Source of the DNA: Pelomyxa schiedti
Taxonomy: Eukaryota > Protista > Evosea
NCBI GenBank assembly: GCA_020536535.1
Contig: JAHLWZ010000879.1
Coordinates: 1-61,934 of the forward strand
Reading direction: 5' to 3'
DNA length: 61,934 nucleotides
The position numbers were made by a program, and so were the translations under genes. The notes under the pieces were generated by a model. The model ran no database searches and was not told where the DNA came from. It was given only the letters and a program-made list of their open reading frames with translations. This document shows positions 1-12,500 of the stretch, one piece after another. Numbering within the stretch: position 1 is the stretch's first letter; the number at the start of each line of letters is the position of its first letter.

Positions 1-221
1 CAATTTTTATTTTTCACACAAGAAACAGCTCCACGGTCCCGAAGGGGCACGAAAGGCGGAGACGACGCAGGCGTGTGGGTCGCGGTGGTTGCTCCAGTTA
101 TGGGTGACTTACTGCCGCTTTGACTGAGGCACAACGACTCAGACATTACAAAATAACAGCGGAAAAAAATCAAACAAATCGCTGCGGAGACGGCTCTCTC
201 GGCGGCGTTGCCTGGCGGTAG

Positions 222-3023
222 ATGTGGAGGTTTTCCCACAATCAAGGGATGCCACTATCACTTGTCACAGAACACGGAAATACGCGGAATTGTGCTTGCT
301 TGGTGGAAATTTGGAGTGTGTGGAACTGCTTGACAGGAACCACAAAAACCCAAGAAGTTGCAACTGCGGAAGCTGTCTCTACACTTATTTTTGCATGTAA
401 GTCTGGTTCCTTTCCAGAGTTCAAGTACGTGATGAATAATATTGGTACACCGCAGACTGCCACATACTTTAGGCACTGGATACTGCAGCTTCTGTGGGTT
501 CTTTGGAAATATGTGCGGACCTGACAAGACCGTAACTTTTGTCTTTTTTACATCTCTCGAGTTGCACGGGATTACCTTCTTCTCTGAGAGCAAGTGGGTG
601 GTGTCTGGGAGTGGGTTACCCACGACAATGGGGACACCTCAAATTACAGCTATCAGGTAAGCTTGATTGTGGAGCAGAAACTGCCCATATCGCCATTTGA
701 GGAGTTGCCTTCTTACACTTTGTGGGTAGCTTCCAACCGAATACTCCTTAGCCTTTCTCAAGGCACCAACTCCAAGACTACAACTTGTACGGCACCCCAG
801 CTTGCACACGTGAAAAAAATTCAAAACCAAGTTCCACAAAAAAAAGAAGTGAAAAAAAATTGTCACTTCAGGGAGAGGCATTCACCTTTACCTTTCTTAA
901 GAGGGTTATCGGCATGAAACAATTTCCAGCTTGCCGGCATCATTGAGCACCAACCAGTCACTTCCAAAGTGTCCGAGTGCCGGTCTCAGAGAACTTTCTC
1001 TGGTGGAGCCAAAGTCTCGGTGCCGCAAGGTTGCGAGTGGTTGGAGCCATTGACAACCAGAACATGTTGTGGTTGAACACCGGATTGGTTACGAAAGTGA
1101 ATGGGACAGAAGACCTGAGCGTACATTGTGATGGTCGACTTCCAAAAGGGTAAGCTAGTGGCCAACAACTTGGGAACATTGCTGCATAAGTTGGGAACTT
1201 GTTAGAAGTTGCTCGGAGTATTTAACCTAACAGGGCTAAATGTATTATTTACAGAAAAACGTACATACGGTGCACAACACACACGACAACAAAAAAAAAG
1301 GGAATACCTGATAATATCTGAATGCCAGGAAGAAAAAGACAAGCAACATGGAGTGCATCAGTGCCCCAGAATGAGGGACAGACCACAGAATACCCAGGAT
1401 ACAATCAAAGAAGCCGCAAGGAAAGTGCCACCAACAGAACCAAGACCCGGAATTCAGCTGCATACAATTCAGTCCCCGCCGGCCCCTCTATGAACACCCC
1501 TGGGTCCCCTGGTGCCTCCGCGGCTGCTTTATCTCCCCCAATCTCACCTTTGTCACCATCCCTCTGCTGCTCTGGTTCACCCTGCCCGTGTTCTCCTCTT
1601 AAAGGGAGTCCACAAAAGAAGAGGCCTGAGGCTAGGTTGAAGGAAAGGATGATGGATATCTTTAACGGTGTTCAAATTCGGCTGCCTGTTTCTGGATCAG
1701 TAAAGGAATACAGGCCCACTAGGCGCCATCATAATTATATTCACCTGATGAAACTGATCAGAAAAGACTCCAATGTGGGCCGCAATAGAGCAAGCCGCTC
1801 TGTGTTTTTGCCTAGGGGAGCTAGACAGATGATAGTACTTGGAACCAAAGAGGGGATACGTGACTTGCAGAACAAGAGTAACACTGTGGAGCAGATAAAA
1901 GTTGACTACAGGCAATGGGAATTACAGGAAACACTAATCCCAGACCTGTATATAAGTGTAGTTGGTATGTAACGAATTTTTTCGTTTTATCTTTGAAGTA
2001 ATTCGTATCAGTGCAAAATACGGCTACTGGCGAGCTCCCGTTCATATACATTGAGAATGCAGATCACACAACAAGTGTCGGCGAACTGAGTCTCAGGGTT
2101 TCCACAAGGAAGATTGATGGAACTTGGGAAGAACAGTTTATCAGTATCGTTCCATTGTTCCAAATTATGTGTAGAATTCTCATGTAATTCCAGAAGTGCC
2201 GCCGAAGTGGAAGCCAAGACATGAAGTACCAAAGGAACCTGTATACAACAATGCTCAAGGTCCTGAGGAAGAGATACTCCAGCCAGCCCCTGAAATGGTC
2301 CTACAATCACCGGCAAACCTGACAGAAGACAGGAATCAACAACCAGAGGTTAATTGCTGCCGGACTAGTCTCTATATGCAACCTCTGATTCCTCAACCAA
2401 TTCCGTCGCAGCAATATGTACCACCGGTGATTCCCCCAATCTGCCCCGCAGTTGCAATGACGTCACTAGAAACGCAAGTGATAGAGGAGGAAGGCCACCC
2501 GGCTCTTAGAGACGTAGACGCCGACGAAACTGCTGCTGCCCCGGCCGTTGGAATGGAGGACGACTTAGTCGCTAAGTCGTCCCACAATAACAAAAATAGC
2601 AGTGCTGTTGGCGCACAACAAGATTGGTTTCGTGGTGGTGAAAATCATAGTGTCTCCGAAGACGCTCTCGCAGTTGCATCGCCGTTACCTCTTCCTCTTG
2701 CCGGCGATTATGACGGCGTCTCTTACGAAAACGAGCAAGTTGCCGTGGTTTTTTCTGCCCCCAACGACGATGTCGTTAGCGCTTCCCGCGAAAACCCAAA
2801 TCAGAGCTCTGATTTTCGCGAACTCTATCATCATGATGAACAGGATACGATTGGGGAACCAAACGGTGGCTACCGGGTAGATGCACCACCCATCCCCGCA
2901 GCGTTTTGGGATGAACTCCCTCCTATTTATGGACCATTGGGGCTCACTAATCCATTGTGGCATGACATCTTTCTCCCCGAGTTCCTGTTTGACAACGACC
3001 CTTTATTTCCATGTCACATGTGA
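222..3023 (+). CDS. Probable multi-exon hypothetical gene (possibly more than one gene); Pro/Gln/acidic low-complexity C-terminal part
   Basis: Long + ORFs 1322..1972 and 2196..3023. The 1322 frame can be continued through a GT..AG intron (~1966-2010) into an open exon VQNTATGELPFIYIENADH. No recognisable family motif; 5' exons unresolved. Confidence 0.35.
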
Positions 3024-3557
3024 CATATAAATGCGCTTGCGTCTGTTTGTGTTAAGTAATTTAAAATAAAAAACCCCGTTTTTGTGATTGGTTTATGGCG
3101 GCCAAGGCGTTACACAATTCTTTGACTGTGGGAGCCCAAGGTATATGTTGCAGTGGACACCCCAGGTTTCGCAAGATACAACCAAGCCAAACTTTCTTTT
3201 TCTAATTTCGTCTCCTATCATAAATCCCATCCACCTTTTCACGCATACTCCTCAATACACTGGGACATACAGAATCCATACAATCTGGCACAAGAACAAC
3301 CCACAAAATCCAGACTACTTTGCTTCATGCACTGGGATACAAGGCTACTCCTACAAAGCAACAACCCAAAAAGTGCCATGGCAATGATGTTTGTGGTTAC
3401 GTATTGAAAGACAAGAAAGTTTCTCAGTCACGTTAACTATCCAGTGCACAAAAGCTGTTTAAAAGGCAAAACAATCAAAAAAATTTTGATCCCTTAGTAA
3501 TCACCACCGGCTTGTCTGTCGTCAAATGGCTCCCACCCACAATAAAACAAAACAGCA

Positions 3558-4613
3558 ATGCCCGGGGCAGGCTACATAGCAATGGTGCCGCACGACTACG
3601 CGAAGGCCGTAACTATCGAAGAGATCCGAGCTGCGTTGGCGGGGAGGGGGTTTAGCCCAAAGCGTGCTGCGAGGGTATTCTTCAATTCATTCGTTTATTT
3701 GTTGTATGCCGTGCTTGTTGCTTTTCGTAGCGAAGCTTTGTTCCCTTTTTTTTTTTTCCCCCCATTCCCACAATGTTGATTCCTGCTAGATAAAGGATAA
3801 ATTGAGAGTGGTTGTGGAGGGCGGATTGTTTCCTGGGTATTCCGAGGCCGCTGACGATGTGAGTTTTATCTATCACTGCCTCATTCCGCGAAAGTATAAG
3901 CTGGGGTCTTGGACTACACACTATGTGTGCTGTTATCACTATATCTTTATTCACCGTATTCATTATCTCCTATAATCAGAAGGAGAACGATGACGTCATA
4001 TATTTCTTGTCTCATAAGAAAATGCAAAGCCTTCTGAAGAACCCCTCTTTCAGTCAAGCGGGCACAGAAACTGACACCTCAGAAACTGACTCTTCAGAAA
4101 CCGAGTCATCAGATACTAGTGAAGATGAGGGAAACCACAGTGTACCAGGTCTCCTTACAACATTCTTATTCTACAACTCACAACATGCAGAGCGATCTGT
4201 CACCAAGCACAAGCAGGCAAATAAGAAGGGCCATTCTTCTACTTCAAAAGCACAAGGTGCGGTGACGAAAACGGTCTCAACAGTAAAAGAGAAGGCCCAC
4301 AAGAGCAATAGAGCTGATAAACACCCAACAAAGGAGAAGCACCATGAGAAGGAGAAGCACCATAAGCCAGGTACAACCCTCATCACTTCACAACAACTAA
4401 CAACACAACACAGGAGCAATCCCAACCAAGCAGAGTGTCCCAACAACAACCTCCTCAAAACCAGAACATGTGGTGATCAAGAAGAAGGACAAGATAAGTC
4501 CCGAGGAACCAGAACTTCCCATCAAGAGGCCAAGCAACAAGAGTGATAAAACAAAAGCAAAGGCCCCAGCACCCAAACACTCTCGCCATTCCCAAGATTG
4601 GCCATTCACCTGA
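3558..4613 (+). CDS. Hypothetical multi-exon protein with Ser/Glu- and Lys/His-rich low-complexity C-terminus
   Basis: ATG 3558 after an A-rich leader; several GT..AG introns join open exons (MPGAGYIAMVPHD.., IKDKLRVVVEGGLFPG.., KENDDVIYFLSHKK.., ..KHSRHSQDWPFT*); stop TGA 4611-4613. Confidence 0.5.
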
Positions 4614-4697
4614 CAAATGAACACTCTGCCCTCCATTACCAACTTGAATGTGATCCTTAATAAAAAAGAAAAGAACAAACACTCCAACTTTTTGTTG

Positions 4698-6314
4698 TTA
4701 TCTGTGTTCTGACCACATTTCTTGGCTCCACCACACACCCACATATCTCAATACAATCTGACCAGTTGCAGCCTCAGTTACTGTGAGGCTTCCTGGCTGG
4801 TCCATTACACAGCCATATATCTGAATGATGAACCCTTGGTCACCTTTGGCATACACACACCCTGAGATGTTGTCGATAACCCTCAGTGGTTGTTGTGCTC
4901 CTGTGGTGTTGCAGTCCCATATTTGCAGCAATGGAGTATTGGGATGATTTGTAAGTGGTGCGTATACACAGAACAGAGTGTCATTCAGCTGGCTCACTCT
5001 AGACTTGCCAACCAACTTCTTATTCTGTTTGTCGGCTTCACTCTCCGACTCTGGGTGTCCATGCTGGATTTTGTGCCAAAGGCTTTCTCTTCCACTAAAT
5101 GTGTTTACAATGAAGATACTGTCCCCAGTTTGCTTCCCTTTGAAGAAAATTGCATAAGGCTCCTGATCATACAACGAAGAGTTCCACACTGTTGTATTGA
5201 TGACAGCCAAGGCGCCATTATGATACGAGAGCGGTACATTTACTTCAACAAAGCGCCATGCCGATCCACGAGGGTGACGAGACACGTAGTCGACGAGCAC
5301 TGCTCTGTTAGGGATATACTTGCTGAAGATAATGCCGTGGTGGGGCTCATCAGACAGGATTGGGTGTCGGCATACTACGGCACAATTTAGTGATTTATCA
5401 CAGAGGTCCACAATCAATACGCTTGCGTTTGTGCGCCTGACCCACCATCTGCCATGAATAATCTGACATATGGAGAAATGGAAAGGAAGAGCTACCACCT
5501 TTTCTTCCTCGGTGGGTACATCAACAATTGCCACAAACCTTGTTTTCCTCGTATTGGCAACCCTCCTTTTTTCCGTCGATGCGGATGTTGTTGCTGATAC
5601 TGCCAAAGCTCCAGCAGAAGTAGCATCAGTACTTGCACTTGCATTAGGATTCCCTTGCCTATCAGATATAGGGAGAGTGATGGCCTGTTTTTTAACCATA
5701 TAATGGGTTGGGTCTATCCACAGCTGAAGTTCACCCTTGTCATTTTTGAGCTTCTTGCAAAGTACCCTGCAGCGAAGCACTCCCATAAGCCAGGGCGAGA
5801 TGCAAATGCTGAGCACGGTGCATTCGCCGCCGGGGCAGCGACACGTGGCCTTGAGCCCATAATCCCGCCCCGAGTGGCAGCAGATCTGCCGGAACCAGAC
5901 CCCGGCGCCGCAGCACAGCTCCCATAAGTACCTCAGAGGCAGCGTCCCCGCCCTCGCCTGCAGCGCAAACAAGGGGCTGAGGGCGCCGCAGCGCGGGTGG
6001 GAGCCGAGGGCCACGGCGAGGAGCTGCGCGCGGGCGTCGAGCAGCACGGAGAGGCTGTCGCGGGAGTGCGCCCGCGCCCACGCCCGCGCGAGGCCCTCGT
6101 CGTCGTCCTCGTCGAGGAAATACTTGCCCAGGTTGCTCTGGTGCACATCAGCGAGCGATGACGACGGCGGCGAGGAGGAACCATAGAAGGAGTAGGTGGC
6201 TTCGGTAGTAATCGTTGCTGTTGTAGGACCGTTGTTTGTCCTCGCCCTCTTCGGTTTGTGCAATGCCAAGGAAGTAGGGTGCATTCTAATGCAAGTTTGG
6301 CAGCAGGGGTCCAC
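4698..6314 (-). CDS. Intronless 538-aa protein of a lineage-specific family (motif AR.QL.A...HPRCGA.SP)
   Basis: Uninterrupted 538-aa ORF with GC-rich 5' part; N-terminal motif ARAQLLAVALGSHPRCGALSP is shared with the ORF at 33734. Confidence 0.75.
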   Translation of the reverse strand: MDPCCQTCIRMHPTSLALHKPKRARTNNGPTTATITTEATYSFYGSSSPPSSSLADVHQSNLGKYFLDEDDDEGLARAWARAHSRDSLSVLLDARAQLLAVALGSHPRCGALSPLFALQARAGTLPLRYLWELCCGAGVWFRQICCHSGRDYGLKATCRCPGGECTVLSICISPWLMGVLRCRVLCKKLKNDKGELQLWIDPTHYMVKKQAITLPISDRQGNPNASASTDATSAGALAVSATTSASTEKRRVANTRKTRFVAIVDVPTEEEKVVALPFHFSICQIIHGRWWVRRTNASVLIVDLCDKSLNCAVVCRHPILSDEPHHGIIFSKYIPNRAVLVDYVSRHPRGSAWRFVEVNVPLSYHNGALAVINTTVWNSSLYDQEPYAIFFKGKQTGDSIFIVNTFSGRESLWHKIQHGHPESESEADKQNKKLVGKSRVSQLNDTLFCVYAPLTNHPNTPLLQIWDCNTTGAQQPLRVIDNISGCVYAKGDQGFIIQIYGCVMDQPGSLTVTEAATGQIVLRYVGVWWSQEMWSEHR

Positions 6315-6553
6315 AAGGTTTGTTCGTTGTGTCGCTTAAAACCAAAAAAAAATTTGGTGTTTGTCCGGCGATCCTTCTGGGTAGGAAGGTTTTGTTTGGG
6401 AGATCGAATGAAGAGACAGGGGTTCTCATAGCGGAGAGGCTCCAGAAATGCTTCTAGTTCCTAACAGCTCGTTCGGTCCTCTTCGATCAAAAACGTTCGT
6501 GCCCCAGTTTGTTTCATTATTCGCTCCTTTGTTTCCCTTTCTTTTTCGGCGAG

Positions 6554-9500
6554 ATGCAAGGGAGTACAAGGGGAGATGAGCGATTAGTGGAGGTATTACC
6601 GGGTGTGCACAACAGCAGCAGTGCGTGTTGGAGTGTGTCAACGTACCTCCATCACCTGTTCTTGGTATCTTTTTTGTGTTTTTTTTTTTTTATTTCGGTT
6701 TTACTGGCTTTTCTTTTATTGCTTTTGTTGTTTGTTTGTTTGTTTGTTTGTTTGGGCAGTTTTCCCGTTGTGGGTGGTTTTTTGTTTTTGCTAACTGGGT
6801 ATTTAAGGCATATGGGTGTGGTAGATCGGTGGTGGTTGTGTCTGGTGCACTTCGGGTTATGCACGTTTTACACACGCCAGCTATTGTGAGGTGTGTGGCT
6901 GCATCACCAACTGGAGGCAAGGTATGGCTTTTCTTTTAAATGTGCAACACAATTTACATTCGTTCACACCTATTCCTATTCTCCTTTTCATTTCTTTTTG
7001 CAATTGAACTGTTATTTAAGATTGCTGCTGGTGCTGCTAAAAAAGTCTTCATTTTCACACCAAGCCCATTCCAATTTCAGCCTCCTTTAGGGACTGAGGT
7101 ATCATTTTTAACAATTTGCACAAAATCCTTCTGATTTGTTTGAACCTCAGGCAATCCAATGGCAACACTTCCTCACCATCGAAGAGCAATTTGATGTGTA
7201 CACAGTATGCTGGTTCAAACACCCCATTCATGAGGTTTCATCCTCCACTCAAACCTCAACTCCAGGGTCACCACCACCTTCTTCATCTCCTTCTAGTCCA
7301 GAGTCACCACCACCTATCACTTTAACCACCACTACAACAAAAACAACGACTTATTCTCTTGTACTGGGTGGTTCATGGATTTCTCTTCATGAGATTGAAG
7401 AACGGAGACTCAAACGAACTGGAAATCTGTCGAGTGCACATAAAGCCCAGCCCCCTCCAACAGTGTGTCTTATATGTCCCTTCAGTACAATAACGTGCCC
7501 CTTTTCGCAGTCAAGACAAATATGGTGCCGTGAGCTGGCGCGCCCTATCGTTTTTTTATCTTGCTCTCCTGATGGAAGGTAATATTGTTCAGACAGATTT
7601 CACTTAAGATTGGCTTTAGGTATCTTTCATCAATAGGAACATCGGATTCTCTTCTTAAGGTTTGGTATGCCTCCAAAAGTGAGCCCACTTCTATCAGTGA
7701 GGTGTCTAGTCAACCTGCTGCAACTCCATCTACAGAGCCAGAGCCCAGTCATTCTCCCAAAACAATTTTGCAGTTTCAGTACTTAAACCATCCCGCTGTT
7801 GTTGTCCAAGCAACGTGGAGAAGAAGAGTGACAAATGATTGGCGAGCCAATGTATTACTTACCAACAGCAGTGATGGGGTCATAAGATTGTGGTGTGAGC
7901 ACCAGCCGGTTGAGAGTGTTGCATCACCAATTCCACACTATTCACATCCAAGATTTTATCTATGTTGCACTATACCTCTCAAGATTGGTTCACTAGTGGA
8001 CTGGTTGGCACCATCATCGTGGACACGAACCAAGGGTGGAGTAAACGCCTGGGAATGTGTTAGTGCATCCGAGGAGGTGGAGGACATTCAGGATGATAGT
8101 ACCACAAATAGCAGCTTGGACAAGTCTGAGGAAATCACTGAAGAATCGTGTGTTTTTGCCAATCGTTTTTATTTTATTTTATTAAATAGGTTTTTACAGT
8201 GAAGGGAGCTCTCATTTAGCCCAGAAATGTGTTGGAAATCCAGAGGATCGGCCAGCTGCAAGTGGGCCTGGCTAATCAAGTCATTTTTTGCATTAAATTG
8301 TATGTTCAGGAAATTTGCACCCAAAAGCAGTTGATTGGTTTGTCGCCATTCTCGCTGACGGGTCTTCTACCGTGTGGAAATTTCGTTATGTTCCTTACCA
8401 AATGCCAAGAGTCACTGTTTGGGCTCACATGGTTACCTCTGAACTGTGTAACCTATGTTTTAATCCAGTTTTTAGATGCTACAAGGAGCCTCTTTACATG
8501 CTGCCAATATTGTGTCTATTCTTCCTGTGTGCTACGCAACAAGTGAGCCGGCAACTCCATCTTCAAATCCTGTTGGAGTCTGGTTGTATACCCAGAGCAC
8601 CACAGGCACTCTTTCGTGCTGTACACTCAAGCGGCAGGGTCTAACTACCCCTGTGTATGAATTTTGCCCCAACCTTCCTTGTTTAATTCTATCCCAAACA
8701 GAAGGATGTCAATAGAAATTTCCTCTCAACTGTATGGCCACTACAACAACGTAATTGCTGTGTGTGCTCACAAATCCCTTCCGTATGTTGCTTCAGTGGA
8801 TCACAAGCATAATATTGTGTTTTGGAAATGTGCTGATACAGTGGTACTTTCTATTTTTTATTCTACTCTCTTTGGTAATGAATTACCATTCAGGCATTTT
8901 CACAGCCCCCCTTCCTTAAAGCTCTTTCTGTTTTATTTCCTTTCCCAATAGTTTGCTGGTTCCCGACTGGTTTGTTTTATTTTCTGTTGCCGTAAAACTA
9001 AACAAAAACAAACAAAAAGATCCTGTTATTGCTCTGTCAAATGGCTCACTTATATTCATTTATGAACTTTCACAAGAGGTATAAGTTCCACTTTATCTCC
9101 CCTGAAGTCCAAGTAATTTTCCATTTTCAGAATGAGAATGCTTCTCCATCTAGCCTTCCTCCGCACAACATGCTCGGAACCCTGAACCATACAGCTCCTC
9201 TCTCTGGAATTGAGCAACTCATTTCCATTCCAAGTTTAAAGGCCCAAGCTTCCCTAGTTGTTGCTGTTTCGACTGCATCTTCTCAATCAAATGGCACCCA
9301 AGCCTCTATGATTACTGTGTGGGAGGTAAATGTGCATCACGGCGGGGTCCAGCTGCAGTCGAACACTGTATTAACACATACTCTACAACCTGATGAACCT
9401 CAAATCACATGTATAGCACCAGCACATGGCTCCCGTTCCCCTATTTGTAACACATTTTCTGTTGGTTTTATTCTGACAGGTTTCTCTTGATATAAATTCC

Positions 9501-12500
9501 TATTGATTTAATGCTGGATCCCAGGACACCAGAATGGCACTGTAAAAATGTGGGGTCTGAATGAGTCAGCTGATGCACTTACACTGCTCACCACAACGAA
9601 TGTGTGCAATTCTCCTGTTCCCTCTTGTGTCCAAGCACTGAAAGTTTCCTTGTATGGAAAATTTGCTTGTGCCTGCGGACCAGAGTGCAGCATTTGGGAA
9701 CTGGAGGCAGACACTCCACACTGGCACAAAGAAGGAACAATACCTCTTTCCAAGTCTCAACCACATGTTTCCTCTACATCAACACCACAGGGTGTCGTGG
9801 CACCCCGCTCCAGTCTCACTACATCTCTTGCTTTCCCACCCACTTCCACCCCTCAACAACCAAAAGTCCTAATAGATTGGGTACCTCTGGATGATGGTAC
9901 CTCTCTTTTAGCTCTGGTTTGTGGTTCTGCCATTTCAGTGCATGCACTCACGCCATCCACTGGCTTACATGACTTCTCATCCATATGGAAAGAAGTTGAT
10001 ACTACCAAACTATTTACGCTTCCTTGTGGTGCAATAGCGTGGACTTCCGGGGGAAGTCTTATTGCTTCATCAGGACAACGTTTGTTTGTGCTCTCCAAAT
10101 GGTCACCCAGCCTCAAGGCAGCTATCACTCTTCCTTTGCCAACACAAACCACCAACGAAGTCCAATCAGCACCCACAGCAGCATCACCCCCAATAGCAGC
10201 ATCCCCACCTATCCCTTCATCTCCGGCATCAGAAGAACCACCTCAAGTAGCTGGAGAGCCTTCTCTTCTATTTCGGCGCGTCAGAGCACAACACCACGCA
10301 CTCCCACTCTACCACCCCAAAATTCTCATACAGTACATCAACTCTGGTGAGTTGGAACGTGTGCAACTTATTCTGCGATATCTTCTCGACTTTTTGAACT
10401 TGTGCTCGGATTCCAGTAAAATTGCTCTTATGGCTGGAAGACCCGAGTTTCATATTCCTCCTGAGAGTCTTGCACAGTGCAAAAAAAGTGGGATGCAGTT
10501 TTTCTTACCTGCTGGTACTTGTAATACCGCTGTGCCAATAATTAGTGCCAAATCCCCAGTCCCACAAACAAAAAAACCCAGTGGGAGTGAGGATGAAGAA
10601 GAATTCTCCATTACTTATGATGACGACGAAAAAGAGCAGTCATTGTCCACAAGTACATCGAGTACTTCCACTCAATCCACTGTCCCTTCCTATGATCTTG
10701 GACAGACAGAGGCACCGTCGAAAAATGAACGCTGGCTCTCCCAAGAAAACATCCAGAGTTTACGAGAGACTATGAGTACAGTGGCAGTGCCAGATATAGA
10801 CCGTATTGAACAAATGCAACTAATGTCAATTCTTGATACGCTTGGCCAACTTCTAGGGTAGTACCCAACTCTTGCTTTCTGCTGTACTGATACATATTAG
10901 AACACAAGGAGCTCTTGATGCATGTGGTCTGAGGTTCCTTCTTGCCTTCAAAATTTTCAGCCACTTGCGGTACAGTTTGCCCAAGTCCGTACGGCCAACA
11001 TCGTTACGAACTTCAGACATTGCATGGGCGTTACATAGTGAAGCACAAGAAGTGTTACTTCAGGTTATTAATTTTCTTCCTAATTGGTAATTGGTTGTAA
11101 CTGGGACTATAACAGGAAACTCTTCCTCTGGATTCTGATTGGGAAGCAGCAAGATCACTTGGTGTTGGATATTGGCTTACGAACCCCACTCTGGTTTTTA
11201 TTCATTTATTTTCTGTTTTAATTTTAGTTTGTTTCCCTTCAAATTCTAAATTTCTTATCTAGTGCCGAACGTTTGTGGAGAGATTAGCTAAAGCCCATTT
11301 CATGAAAGCCAAGAATCCTGCTGACTCTGCTCTCTTCTACATATCTTTAGGTACGCACCCAAACCTGGCAACCAACTTATTATGACAGGGAGGAAGTCTG
11401 CATTACAAGCACTCTATCGAGCAAATAAAGATTCTCGTTTGGCAACTTTTCTTAGCAATGATTTTAATCTACCCAAATGGAAAACAGCTGCTGCCCAAAA
11501 TGCCTTCAAACTTCAAGTATTGAGCAATTTTTTACTGATTTAAATTAGTAATCTCCTATTAGGGCCAACACCGGTATCATCTTTAACACTCTTTTCCGCA
11601 CTCACTTCACTAGCTATGAACTTGCTGCCGCTTTCTTTGCACTTGGAGGGGGCCTGAAAGATGCTGTAGTTGTGTGCCTCCAAAAATTGGAAGATGTGCA
11701 ACTCGCACTTGTACTGTCAAGGCTTATGGAACAGCCTGCCGGTGCTGGCCCTGTGTACTCGTGGGTTCTTCGAGAGCACTTACTGAAGCTTGCTGCTGAA
11801 AAAGTTTGCTTCTAAGCCACACTTGTGCAATCTAACGAGTTTTAGAGGGACCCATTCTTATCTACTATTGGGCATTGGCTTCTGAAAGAACATGAAAAAG
11901 CTCTTGCAACACTACATCCTTCAGCTTCAATGAGGTGTTCTGATGCCGGGGAACAAGATACACAGTATTTTGATCCATCACTGTTACACTTCTTCCACTA
12001 TTTACGGGATCACACAATGCTCCGTACAGCACCCACTCACATCAAAAGAGACACAGAGCTTCTCAAACGAACACTGGTATCGTATGCCAACTCAGGCTGC
12101 TCTGCTCTAGCCGTTGACTTAATACCAGAGCTGCAGAACGGAGAACAACTATTACGTGAAGAATCCACCAAGAGAATTCAACGAAAGGTAGAACGGGAAA
12201 TTAGACGACGAAATAGGGAGGAGAAGAAGAGATTGATCAAAGAAAAGAGAGAGAAAAAAGTGCAACTGAAAAAGCAACGTGAAGAAGAGTTGAAGAAAGA
12301 GCAAGAAGAGAAAACAAAGAAAGATGGTGGTAGTACAGTTTCAAAACCTGCAACAACAAAAGACGAATCTTCTGATGAGGATGACTATTCGTTCATCCCC
12401 AAACCCAAGCCTCCTCCAAAACCAGTGGAAGATGATGATGATGATGACGATGATTTTTCTTTCATTGTCAAGCGCCCTGCTGCACCTCAAAAGACTGATG

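Noticed and set aside
6655-6800. (GTTT)n tract and T-runs producing hydrophobic ORFs
   Set aside because: Simple intronic microsatellite in DMXL intron 1; the ORFs are artefacts.
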